Positions 9,565-17,528 are shown, counted from the stretch's first letter. The stretch is 32,000 nucleotides of DNA from Nostoc sp. PCC 7120 = FACHB-418 (GCF_000009705.1 NC_003272.1:3300001-3332000); one strand, 5' to 3'. The notes: generated by a model from the letters alone, not told the origin. Numbers and translations are program-made.

Positions 9565-9626
9565 GTAATTAAGTTAGGAAATGTCAATCAAGTCCGGCTA
9601 ATTGCTGAAAATATGCTTGGTATTGT

Positions 9627-9665
9627 CGGTAACAGGTAATTGGTCTTTCCCATTACCTGTTACCG
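9627..9665. terminator. Strong hairpin (14-bp perfect stem) between convergent egtD and hicB; candidate bidirectional terminator
   Basis: CGGTAACAGGTAAT - 11-nt loop - ATTACCTGTTACCG, read directly. There is no clear U-tract on either side. Confidence 0.45.
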
Positions 9666-9747
9666 ATTACCAACTAATACGGATATTGTTAGTGATTAAT
9701 TTATAGGTATCTGCCAAAATAGGGAAACTGTCTTATCTCTATTTCGG

Positions 9748-9963
9748 TCATGACATTAAGACTTCAACTTCGTGAGTCATACTTGTGGGTTGAGGAATAG
9801 GTAACCCATCGACAATCATTCCTTCTATATGAAACTCAATAGCTTCTGTAATCAGTTGTTTAACTTCTTCTAAAGTTTCACCCACAGCTACACATCCTGG
9901 TAAATCAGGTACATAAGCACCATAGCTAGTTTCACCCTTTTCAATTACAACCGCGTAACGCAT
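9748..9963 (-). CDS. hicB: Type II antitoxin HicB
   Basis: MRYAVVIEKGETSYGAYVPDLPGCVAVGETLEEVKQLITEAIEFHIEG is the classic HicB N-terminal domain. Start taken at the ATG at 9963, which overlaps the hicA stop as TGATG. Confidence 0.85.
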   Translation of the reverse strand: MRYAVVIEKGETSYGAYVPDLPGCVAVGETLEEVKQLITEAIEFHIEGMIVDGLPIPQPTSMTHEVEVLMS

Positions 9964-10154
9964 CAATCTTCCTCCAATTGAGCCTGTCTCCAAATATTTT
10001 TCAGAGTACCAATTGGTACATCAACACTCGGCTTACCAGACACTGTTACTGTACCAGTTTTATCGGGATGCTTGAACTGTCTGTGACTACCTTTAGTTCT
10101 AGCTAAATACCAACCATCGGTTTCCAATCTTTTAATAACTTCACTAACTTTCAT
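9963..10154 (-). CDS. hicA: Type II toxin HicA (mRNA interferase)
   Basis: 63 aa. MKVSEVIKRLETDGWYLARTKGSHRQFKHPDKTGTVTVSGKPSVDVPIGTLKNI matches the HicA dsRBD-like fold, including the catalytic GSH(R/H)Q motif. Confidence 0.9.
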   Translation of the reverse strand: MKVSEVIKRLETDGWYLARTKGSHRQFKHPDKTGTVTVSGKPSVDVPIGTLKNIWRQAQLEED

Positions 10155-10222
10155 ATTTTGTATACTCTGGATTTACATACTTAGAGAATACTCAAATATG
10201 ATGCGCCTTCCCAACTAACCAA

Positions 10223-10831
10223 TTATCCAATAGGACGATTACCGGGATTAACTGCATGAATAAACTCACTACCTGAGTTGGGTCTACCGCGTTTATAACT
10301 GGCTTCTTCTGGCTTACCCCATCCCAACTGTAAAACTATTTCTAAAAAATTAGAACTTTCCGATTTCCATAAAGTAGCCCATTCTGTTCTTTGGACAATT
10401 CTTTCTACATCAGACATAAAAATTAACTGATGTTGTTTGTTAATATTAAAGCTTAAATATAAATCCATCCCGGCTGAGACTGCATACCAAAATTCTAAAA
10501 TATGGTTTTTAGCAGCTTGTAATATTTCTAAATCACTACTTAAAGCAATTAGTTGGGTATCTACTTCTGGATAACGTAATATCTTGCCCTTGACTGATAT
10601 TTCCTTCCACACAATGCCAGAAATTTGATAATCCCTTTGATAGTCATGTATGGCATTTTTAAAATCTTGATATGCCGTGAATTTTTGTAGTCCATCTGTT
10701 CTGATAAACTGGTCAATTATAGGATTACCAGAAACTGTTACTTCTAATTTTAGACGCTCTCCTTTAAGGCAAGCTAGGCGTTCAGCAGCCAAAATTTGAA
10801 TTAGTTCTTCCGTGGTGTAAACCTTTGACAT
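10223..10831 (-). CDS. Hypothetical protein with no family recognised; same strand as hicAB and 68 bp upstream of it
   Basis: Long ORF with ordinary amino-acid composition. The first 12 codons of the track ORF (MTNDQRPIKCVL, up to 10867) are encoded by the TTGGTCA heptamer array, so I prefer the ATG at 10831 (MSKVYTTEEL...). Neither start has an obvious SD. Confidence 0.5.
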   Translation of the reverse strand: MSKVYTTEELIQILAAERLACLKGERLKLEVTVSGNPIIDQFIRTDGLQKFTAYQDFKNAIHDYQRDYQISGIVWKEISVKGKILRYPEVDTQLIALSSDLEILQAAKNHILEFWYAVSAGMDLYLSFNINKQHQLIFMSDVERIVQRTEWATLWKSESSNFLEIVLQLGWGKPEEASYKRGRPNSGSEFIHAVNPGNRPIG

Positions 10832-10844
10832 CAGAACACACTTA

Positions 10845-10949
10845 ATTGGTCGTTGGTCATTGGTCATGAGTCATTGGTCATTAGTTCTAGTTTTGGATGA
10901 TTGACTATGAACTTTGGACTGTTGACTATAGACTTTGGACTGTTGATAT
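10845..10949. repeat. Two adjacent tandem arrays: STRR2-type heptamers (ATTGGTC/GTTGGTC x6, 10845-10886) and a 21-bp unit x2.3 (TTGACTATGAACTTTGGACTG, 10901-10949)
   Basis: Units delimited by hand. The 21-mer is itself three heptamer variants. Confidence 0.8.
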
Positions 10950-11035
10950 TTCGACATTATCTCTTGGCGTTATGGGGAATACAGTAACAGATATCACTAA
11001 AAATTTGGGCAGACCAATTTGGTCTACCCCCGAAG

Positions 11036-11626
11036 TTACTTGGCTAACTCACTACTGAACTCATTGAACGATCGCCTTTTCAATTGTACAGATTCTGTAC
11101 GTGGTAATAAATCAAATACTTCTCGTAGTCTGTCATCGATTTCTTCAAAAGGAACTTGACCTTTCTTGTTTAAGACTACCTCACCAGATTGATTCAACAC
11201 TACAACTTGAGGCACACCTCCAGAATAGTAATATCCTGGTTCGGTGGGTTCATAAGTCTTTTTGGATGGGATGGTATCCACGCTGATGGGGATAATTTCT
11301 GCGGCTCTACCGTAGAATTCTTGTACCCGTGAAATTACAATGGCGTATTGTTTGCAATCGCTACTGTCATCCAAGTAGAATGCCAAAAATATTGGTTTAT
11401 GTTCTGCTAACGATTGGGCTAAAGTAAATCTGGATGGTACTAACGATCCATTACCCGCATAAACCACGAACATATTGCCATCATATACATCATCGTTAAT
11501 ACCTGCAAAGGCTGGCTGTATTCCTACAATCAATAGACATATAAGCAAACACAGGCCTTTAAAAACCAACCGTCGCCAGTCAGCAATCTGTCTATGTAAA
11601 AAAGAAAACTCTATACTATTCATCAA
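11036..11626 (-). CDS. Membrane-anchored thioredoxin-fold protein with a degenerate active site (SxxC instead of CxxC)
   Basis: N-terminal anchor LCLLICLLIVGIQPAFA, then IFLAFYLDDSSDCKQYA, which aligns with the thioredoxin (F/Y)xxxWCxxC region, and a later VPQVVVLN beta-strand motif. Resembles cyanobacterial thylakoid thioredoxin-like proteins; this comparison is from memory. Confidence 0.55.
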   Translation of the reverse strand: MMNSIEFSFLHRQIADWRRLVFKGLCLLICLLIVGIQPAFAGINDDVYDGNMFVVYAGNGSLVPSRFTLAQSLAEHKPIFLAFYLDDSSDCKQYAIVISRVQEFYGRAAEIIPISVDTIPSKKTYEPTEPGYYYSGGVPQVVVLNQSGEVVLNKKGQVPFEEIDDRLREVFDLLPRTESVQLKRRSFNEFSSELAK

Positions 11627-11748
11627 AATGAACCTTACAAGCTACTGTTTGTCTTCGGTTTGTGCTGAATGAGGCAACCTGGGCCGGATATATAATTACG
11701 CCCGTATACTATTTTTTAAGATAGCGCCTAGTGGGATCTGTGGGGAGT

Positions 11749-11804
11749 GTTGACTGTTGACCTTTGACCGTTGACTATGGACTATTGACTAATTACTAAT
11801 GACT
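11749..11804. repeat. Eight tandem heptamers (GTTGACT/GTTGACC/ATTGACT family) upstream of murT
   Basis: The units read GTTGACT GTTGACC TTTGACC GTTGACT ATGGACT ATTGACT AATTACT AATGACT. Confidence 0.8.
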
Positions 11805-11820
11805 ATTAATAAATTAGGGT

Positions 11821-13164
11821 ATGGATGTGGGAAATAAAATCAAAGTTATAGATAGGCTGCGGTTGGGTTTTGCGGTGTTGGTGGCGAAAAGTGTCACGTT
11901 TTTAGTGCGATCGCTCCGTCTCGGTGCTGCTAGTGTATTACCAGGGTCTATTGCCCGTCGGATTGAACCCCGGTTGCTGCAATTATTGAGTCAGCAGGTG
12001 AAAAATGGGGTCATCATCATTGCTGGGACTAATGGTAAAACTACTACAGCGCTGCTGTTATGCACTATTTTAGAAAATAAAGGCTACCGTGTCTGCCATA
12101 ACTCCACGGGTGCAAATCTAGAAAATGGGTTGATGACGGCGTTGCTAGAAAGCACTAACCTGGTGGGGACGCTAGATGTGGATTATGCAATTCTGGAAGT
12201 GGATGAGAATATTGTTCCCAGAGTCTTAAAACCACTCCAGCCACGAATTATTCTTTGTTTAAACCTGTTCCGCGACCAACTTGATAGGTACGGTGAAGTA
12301 GACACCATCAGCAAGCGGTGGACGAAGGTTATTTCGACTCTTCCAACAGAAACGGTAGTCATTCCCAACGCTGATGACCCGACTTTATCCCTTCTCGGTC
12401 AACAGTTACCCCAAAAGGTCTTGTTCTTCGGTTTAAATGAACCAGAACATTATTTAGAAGCCATTCCTCACGCCGTTGATTCTATCTATTGTCCTCAATG
12501 TGGACATTCTTTAGATTACCAAGGTGTGTATTTATCCCATTTGGGAGATTTTACTTGTCCTAGTTGCGGATTTACTAAGAGTCAACCTGCTTTAGCCAGT
12601 AGGGAATGGTCACAAATTCTCGTTGGTTTATACAACAAATACAACACCTTAGCCGCCACCACCGCCGCTATTGAATTAGGTGTAGATGAAACCACAATTA
12701 GAGATACTATTAATAATTTCCAGGCGGCTTTTGGTCGTGCAGAAGATTTAGTGATTGATGGTAAGCGCGTCAGAATTTTATTATCAAAAAATCCTGTGGG
12801 GACAAATGAAACAATTCGCGTCGTCACTCAAAGCACAGATAAAACCACTTTATTAGTATTAAACGATCGCACCCCAGATGGCACAGATGTATCTTGGATT
12901 TGGGACGTAGATACAGAAAAATTAGTGGAACGGGGAGGAACTTTAGTAGTAAGTGGCGATCGCGTCTATGATATGGCACTACGTCTACGTTATAGTGAAA
13001 AATCGCCCCATAGTAACCTAAATTTAATTGTCGAAGCCGATTTACGTCAAGCGATCGCCACAGCCTTAGAACACACCCCAGTCACCGAAACCCTGCATAT
13101 TCTCCCCACCTATTCCGCCATGCTAGAAGTGCGCGAAGTCCTCACAGGTAGGAAAATTCTGTAA
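11821..13164 (+). CDS. murT: Mur-ligase-like subunit MurT of lipid II isoglutaminyl synthase
   Basis: Mur ligase P-loop AGTNGKTTT, an NADDP motif (IPNADDPTL), the MurT-specific Cys4 ribbon CPQCGHSLDY...FTCPSCG, and a C-terminal DUF1727-like region (LSKNPVGTNE...DVSWIWD). Followed directly by gatD. Confidence 0.8.
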   Translation: MDVGNKIKVIDRLRLGFAVLVAKSVTFLVRSLRLGAASVLPGSIARRIEPRLLQLLSQQVKNGVIIIAGTNGKTTTALLLCTILENKGYRVCHNSTGANLENGLMTALLESTNLVGTLDVDYAILEVDENIVPRVLKPLQPRIILCLNLFRDQLDRYGEVDTISKRWTKVISTLPTETVVIPNADDPTLSLLGQQLPQKVLFFGLNEPEHYLEAIPHAVDSIYCPQCGHSLDYQGVYLSHLGDFTCPSCGFTKSQPALASREWSQILVGLYNKYNTLAATTAAIELGVDETTIRDTINNFQAAFGRAEDLVIDGKRVRILLSKNPVGTNETIRVVTQSTDKTTLLVLNDRTPDGTDVSWIWDVDTEKLVERGGTLVVSGDRVYDMALRLRYSEKSPHSNLNLIVEADLRQAIATALEHTPVTETLHILPTYSAMLEVREVLTGRKIL

Positions 13165-13198
13165 CCCAGTCAACAGTCAACAGTCAACAGTCAACAAT
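13164..13198. repeat. STRR3 heptamer array (CAACAGT x3 plus CAACAAT) filling most of the murT-gatD spacer
   Basis: The sequence reads cccagt CAACAGT CAACAGT CAACAGT CAACAAT. Confidence 0.9.
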
Positions 13199-13208
13199 CC
13201 CCACAAAT

Positions 13209-14030
13209 ATGAATTCTCCACAATTAGAATTAACTATCGGTTGGCTATATCCTACATTGATGAGTACCTATGGCGATCGCGGTAATGTAATTACTATCGA
13301 ACGTCGCGCCCAATGGCGGGGATATACGGTGAAAGTATTGCCTTTAGACCAAAACTCCACAGCAGATGATATTAAGTCTGTAGATGTGATAGTTGGTGGT
13401 GGCGCACAAGACAGACAGCAAGAAATTGTCATGCGCGATTTGCAAGGCGCGAAAGCTGACGCGATGCGTGAGAAAATCGACAATGGCACACCAGGAGTGT
13501 TTACTTGTGGTTCACCCCAATTATTAGGACACTATTACGAACCAGCATTTGGACAGCGTATTGAAGGTTTAGGAATACTTGATTTAGTTTCTATCCATCC
13601 TGGTGAAAATACTAAGCGTTGTATCGGTAACTTAGTTATAGAAGTTACAGCTAGTCGTCTGGCTAAAGATTTAGAAGAAATGACGGGAAGCAAAGCCTAC
13701 TTAGTGGGTTTTGAAAATCACGGTGGACGCACTAAGTTAGGTAAGGTAGAAGCTTTAGGAAAAGTGGTTTACGGCTTAGGCAATAATGGTGAAGATGGTA
13801 CAGAAGGCTCATTTTATCAGAATGCCATAGCAACCTATTCCCACGGGCCATTATTACCCAAAAACCCCTTTGTGGCTGACTGGTTAATTCAAACAGCGTT
13901 GCGGTTAAAGTATCAGCAGGCAATTACTTTACAAGCTTTAGATGATAGTTTGGCTATGCAGGCACGGGAAGCTATGTTTAAAAAGTTACAAGTCAACCCA
14001 CCAAGACCATCTGCGGTAGCTAAAGTCTAA
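13209..14030 (+). CDS. gatD: Glutamine amidotransferase subunit GatD (CobB/CobQ-like GATase) of lipid II isoglutaminyl synthase
   Basis: Nucleophile region GVFTCGSPQLLGHYY, plus EGLGILD, GFENHGGRT, GNNGEDGTEG and HGPLLPKNP. These align closely with my memory of S. aureus GatD. Confidence 0.8.
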   Translation: MNSPQLELTIGWLYPTLMSTYGDRGNVITIERRAQWRGYTVKVLPLDQNSTADDIKSVDVIVGGGAQDRQQEIVMRDLQGAKADAMREKIDNGTPGVFTCGSPQLLGHYYEPAFGQRIEGLGILDLVSIHPGENTKRCIGNLVIEVTASRLAKDLEEMTGSKAYLVGFENHGGRTKLGKVEALGKVVYGLGNNGEDGTEGSFYQNAIATYSHGPLLPKNPFVADWLIQTALRLKYQQAITLQALDDSLAMQAREAMFKKLQVNPPRPSAVAKV

Positions 14031-14217
14031 TAATGTATTTTAGCGTTTTTTGGAAGTCTCCACTTCTTTTAACTATTACGCCCTCGTCCCCCACTGAATT
14101 TGGTACCCCGAATCAGTGGCGGGATTAATGGTGGTTGATAAGGATTGCATCTAAGGTTAATTCTTTGCACAGCAAAGACAAATATTAGATGTATGACGAA
14201 TCAACAATTATTTTCTC

Positions 14218-14246
14218 TTGATTGCTTACCACGAATTATATATCAT
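14218..14246 (+). promoter_or_regulatory. Candidate tnpB promoter (-35 TTGATT, 17-nt spacer, -10 TATCAT) with a downstream AAGGAGG SD
   Basis: Motif inspection. The SD at 14263-14269 lies 9 nt before the GTG start at 14279. Confidence 0.35.
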
Positions 14247-14278
14247 GCTAAAATAAGTATATAAGGAGGTGAGGTTGA

Positions 14279-15637
14279 GTGTTGCACAAGGTTGTACAAG
14301 TTCGTTTATACCCATCAATTGAGCAGAAAGTTCAGTTAGCTCAAGCTTTTGGTTGCTCTCGTTGGTGGTGGAATTACGCTCTAAATAAATCAATTGAGAC
14401 TTATAAAGAAACGGGCAAAGGACTTACACGTGCAGCACTCAACGCACTACTTCCTAATCTCAAAAAAGCAGAAGATACTTGTTGGTTAGCTGACTGTTAT
14501 AGCCAAGTTTTACAAGCTACAACACTGAATCTAACCACAGCGTACAAGAACTTTTTTGAGAAACGTGCTGGCTTTCCTAAGTTCAAATCCAAGCATGGCA
14601 AGCAGTCAATTCAGTATCCTCAAAACGTCAAAATTGTAGATGGTGAGTCCAGTCCTGTTCGCGCAGCGTCCCGTAGGGAAGGAGGGTTTCCCTCCGTAGG
14701 GAACTGGCGCTCGCGTAGCGTATCCGAAGGATTCACCCGTAAGGGCAATATCAAACTTCCAGGAAATATTGGAATAGTCAAAGCCAAAATACATAGACCG
14801 ATTGAAGGGAAAATAAAGACTGTCACTGTTAGTAAAACACCATCAGGTAAATACTTGGCATCTATCCTGACTGAAGTAGAGGGTGTTTCGACTCCGCTCA
14901 ACACAAGTGAAAAGCCTGCTATTACGGAGGGGAAGATTTACGGTATTGATTTAGGGCTAAAACATTTCGCTGTTGTGTCTGACGGTGAAAAGATTTCTAA
15001 ATACGATAATCCTAAACACCTTGCCAAGCATGAGAAAAACCTCAAGCGTAAACAAAAGAAGTTAGCCCGTAAAGTAAAAGGGAGTAATTCAAGAAATAGA
15101 TATAGAAAAGTTGTTGCCAAAGTGTACGAGCGAGTTAGTAATTCGCGGCAAGATTTTCTACATAAACTTAGTTATAAGTTGGTCAGCGATAGCCAAGCTG
15201 TCATAGTAGAGAATCTTCACCTTCTGGGCATGGTACGCAATCATAAATTGGCGAAGTCAATATCTGATGCAGGATGGGGAATGTTCACCAACTTTTTAGC
15301 CTACAAGCTAGAACGCAAGGGTGGAAAGTTAGTTGAGATTGATAGGTGGTTTCCTAGTTCCAAACTCTGCTCTAATTGTTTCTACCAAATTGGTGAGATG
15401 CCGTTGGATGTCCGTGAATGGACTTGTCCTAGTTGTGGCACTCATCATGACAGGGATGGAAACGCAGCTATAAATATTAGAGCCGAAGGCATCAGAATGA
15501 TAAAGGCGGAAGGTTCAGCCGTCTCTGCTGTAGGAGGGGAGGTAAGTCCTAAGCTTGGGCGAAAGTCTAAGTTTGGGCATTCCCCCGTGATTACAGAAGC
15601 CGACACTGTACTTGGTACTCCAAGTCAGTGTGGGTAG
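14279..15637 (+). CDS. tnpB: TnpB (OrfB) RNA-guided endonuclease / IS200-IS605 accessory protein
   Basis: The N-terminus VQVRLYPSIEQKVQLAQAFGCSRWWWNYAL is typical of OrfB. The RuvC triad is present (GIDLG, VIVENL, DRDGNAAINI), as is the zinc finger CSNC...CPSC. GTG start with a strong SD. Confidence 0.9.
   Translation: MLHKVVQVRLYPSIEQKVQLAQAFGCSRWWWNYALNKSIETYKETGKGLTRAALNALLPNLKKAEDTCWLADCYSQVLQATTLNLTTAYKNFFEKRAGFPKFKSKHGKQSIQYPQNVKIVDGESSPVRAASRREGGFPSVGNWRSRSVSEGFTRKGNIKLPGNIGIVKAKIHRPIEGKIKTVTVSKTPSGKYLASILTEVEGVSTPLNTSEKPAITEGKIYGIDLGLKHFAVVSDGEKISKYDNPKHLAKHEKNLKRKQKKLARKVKGSNSRNRYRKVVAKVYERVSNSRQDFLHKLSYKLVSDSQAVIVENLHLLGMVRNHKLAKSISDAGWGMFTNFLAYKLERKGGKLVEIDRWFPSSKLCSNCFYQIGEMPLDVREWTCPSCGTHHDRDGNAAINIRAEGIRMIKAEGSAVSAVGGEVSPKLGRKSKFGHSPVITEADTVLGTPSQCG
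14645..14734 (+). repeat. 90-bp palindromic mini-element (small-dispersed-repeat-like) inserted in-frame in tnpB
   Basis: Termini GAGTCC...GGATTC are inverted. There is a central hairpin GGAGGG-TTT-CCCTCC (14681-14695) flanked by direct CCGTAGGGAA copies. It is locally GC-rich and encodes ESSPVRAASRREGGFPSVGNWRSRSVSEGF, which is unlike TnpB sequence. Confidence 0.6.
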
Positions 15638-16713
15638 TTCACAATATCTCTAAACCAATACTCTAGGCGATCGCCCATTGCTTGTTGAGAATATTCTAAC
15701 TCTGCCTGTTGGCGACAAGCACGGCGATCAATTTTATCTAAGCTTCTTATCGCATTCACTAACCCATCAACACTATCTGGCTCTACTAAGAAACCCGTTT
15801 CCCCATTTTTGACAATTTCCGTGAGTCCCCCACGACGATAAGCTATCACTGGTACACCACAGGCTAAAGCCTCAATCGCCACATTACCAAAGGCTTCCAC
15901 CCAACGAGGCGTGACTAATAACGCCCGACATTGACCTAATTCCTGTTGCAGTTCCTCTGTAGGCAAAAATCCTCTATATATAATTGGAGCGTCTGCATAT
16001 TTTTGACAAATATCCTGCCAGTATTGTTCATTTTGCTTGAATCCAAAAATTTTCAGGGGAATACCCGTAATTTTGGCTGCTGCGACTGCATCCTCTAAAG
16101 CTTTTTCTGGGGCGATTCTCCCTACCCAAGCTAAAAAATCACTCGGTTGGGCGCAAAATTGATAAATAGATAAATCCATCCCATTGGCTAGACAACGGCA
16201 TTTATCCGCGAAGGTGAATGTCTGTGCTTGAGAGAGGGTATGTACACCAATAGTTTCGGGAAAATTAGTTGCAACTTGCTCAATGATGGAATCCATTGCA
16301 TCAGTCAAAGAACCCATACTAATTAAATGAGCGATGGGACAGCTAAAAAATGGAGTTAAATATAAAGGCAGCCAATCATAAGCAAAGTTGACAATTAAAT
16401 CATAATCAGATTGCACTTGGTGAGCATAGTCCCACATATTCGCCAAGACAGAATTTTTTGGGAGAATAATCGGCTCATCACGAGTCTGGGTTTGGGCTGG
16501 TGTTTGCACTTCCCCAGCAATTTCTAAAACAGGTACATTTTTCACTATCGACCCTTGAGGAGCGACGATTTTGACACTATGACCGCGCCGAATCATTTCC
16601 TGGGAAATATTGCTGAGAGTGAGTTCTACCCCACCGCCAATACCTGAACCAATCGCACCCACAGGAGTAGATAACATGAGCAACTTTAGTAAGTCGCTTG
16701 GAGATGAAGTCAT
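15625..16713 (-). CDS. Glycosyltransferase family 4 (GT-B fold, Glycos_transf_1)
   Basis: 362 aa with a Gly-rich N-terminus GSGIGGGVE. The C-terminal domain carries the EX7E region PRWVEAFGNVAIEALACGVPVIA and ETGFLVEP. The last 13 nt overlap the tnpB 3' end. Confidence 0.85.
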   Translation of the reverse strand: MTSSPSDLLKLLMLSTPVGAIGSGIGGGVELTLSNISQEMIRRGHSVKIVAPQGSIVKNVPVLEIAGEVQTPAQTQTRDEPIILPKNSVLANMWDYAHQVQSDYDLIVNFAYDWLPLYLTPFFSCPIAHLISMGSLTDAMDSIIEQVATNFPETIGVHTLSQAQTFTFADKCRCLANGMDLSIYQFCAQPSDFLAWVGRIAPEKALEDAVAAAKITGIPLKIFGFKQNEQYWQDICQKYADAPIIYRGFLPTEELQQELGQCRALLVTPRWVEAFGNVAIEALACGVPVIAYRRGGLTEIVKNGETGFLVEPDSVDGLVNAIRSLDKIDRRACRQQAELEYSQQAMGDRLEYWFRDIVNYPH

Positions 16714-16784
16714 TTGATTGTAATTAATCGAATTTTTACTGATGTTATTAATAAATTAATTAGGTCTATTGTTACCCATAAATC

Positions 16785-17528
16785 TTATCTCCATTTACGA
16801 TAACATCGAGCAGTAATATTATAAGGCTGAAACAATTCTAAGTATTTGGTTTGCAGAATTTTAAAAAATTGCTCTATTACTTGATGGTCATCTATATGAA
16901 AGGGATACTCTTGATTAAAACCCTTAAAGAAACACCAGTTGAGTATAATCTTTCCTTCGTTGTTCAGAATTTCGTAAAAGTTGATTAATTGCAAACTGGG
17001 GTCTGGTAAATGTTCTAAAACATCAAAAGATATGATGGTGTCAAAATTTTCTTGTGGCGGGACTTCAAGACAGAAAGTTATCTTTTCATTTAAACCCAAC
17101 TTTTCGGCTCTATACTTCACAAAATCACGATTAATAGGATTAATATCGCAATAAATTACTTGCTCAACTTGAGGACAAAGAGCAGCACCAATGGCGTGAG
17201 TGCCAATACCCCCACCAAAATCTAACACTCGACCCTGACTATAATCCGCCACCAAACGCAGCGTATCGCCTATATAATCTTGGCTAGTTAAATGCCATGC
17301 ACCCAATTCAAATAAATAAGATTCCCGTACTTTGTCACGATAAAAAGCTGTGGCTTTTTCCCAGTCAAAATCTTTGTGACCCAATTCAGCCATTTGTTGC
17401 TGACTGAACTCTAACTTTGTTTCTAGCGTTTCTGCATCTATATTTAAAAACTCCTGTATATGCTGCTTTAAGTTAAATGAATTTTGCCAGTAACCATTTA
17501 AAAATGATGGCTTAGGTAATGTTTGCAT
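16785..17528 (-). CDS. Class I SAM-dependent methyltransferase
   Basis: Motif I VLDFGGGIGTH and post-I/II DIN...FDTIISFDVLEHLPDP. Start moved to the ATG at 17528 (MQTLPKPS...), because the upstream track codons are AT-rich and hydrophobic and look like non-coding sequence. Lies 71 bp upstream of the GT4 gene on the same strand. Confidence 0.75.
   Translation of the reverse strand: MQTLPKPSFLNGYWQNSFNLKQHIQEFLNIDAETLETKLEFSQQQMAELGHKDFDWEKATAFYRDKVRESYLFELGAWHLTSQDYIGDTLRLVADYSQGRVLDFGGGIGTHAIGAALCPQVEQVIYCDINPINRDFVKYRAEKLGLNEKITFCLEVPPQENFDTIISFDVLEHLPDPSLQLINFYEILNNEGKIILNWCFFKGFNQEYPFHIDDHQVIEQFFKILQTKYLELFQPYNITARCYRKWR

Larger units (their letters stand above)
14040..15640 (+). mobile_element. 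IS200/IS605-family element carrying only tnpB (IS1341-like); ends not resolved
   Basis: Contains a full-length tnpB and no tnpA anywhere in the window. The left end should lie within 14031-14278, which holds the hairpins CCACTGA..TCAGTGG and TCTTTGC-aca-GCAAAGA. The right end lies at or beyond the tnpB stop. The coordinates given are approximate brackets only. Confidence 0.5.

Noticed and set aside
10845-13198. Tandem short repeats as possible CRISPR arrays
   Set aside because: The period is 7, 8 or 21 nt with no unique spacers and no cas genes. These are STRR-type microsatellite-like arrays.
14606-15120. Minus-strand ORFs inside tnpB (14606-14794, 14620-14904, 14938-15120)
   Set aside because: They are antisense shadows of tnpB. 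Part of their openness comes from the GC-rich mini-element.
14031-15640. Absence of HIP1 from the tnpB element as evidence of recent foreign origin
   Set aside because: At the density I observed in CDSs, roughly one copy per 1.2 kb, zero copies in 1.4 kb is unremarkable. pdhA, egtB and the 1.7-kb coxA also have none.
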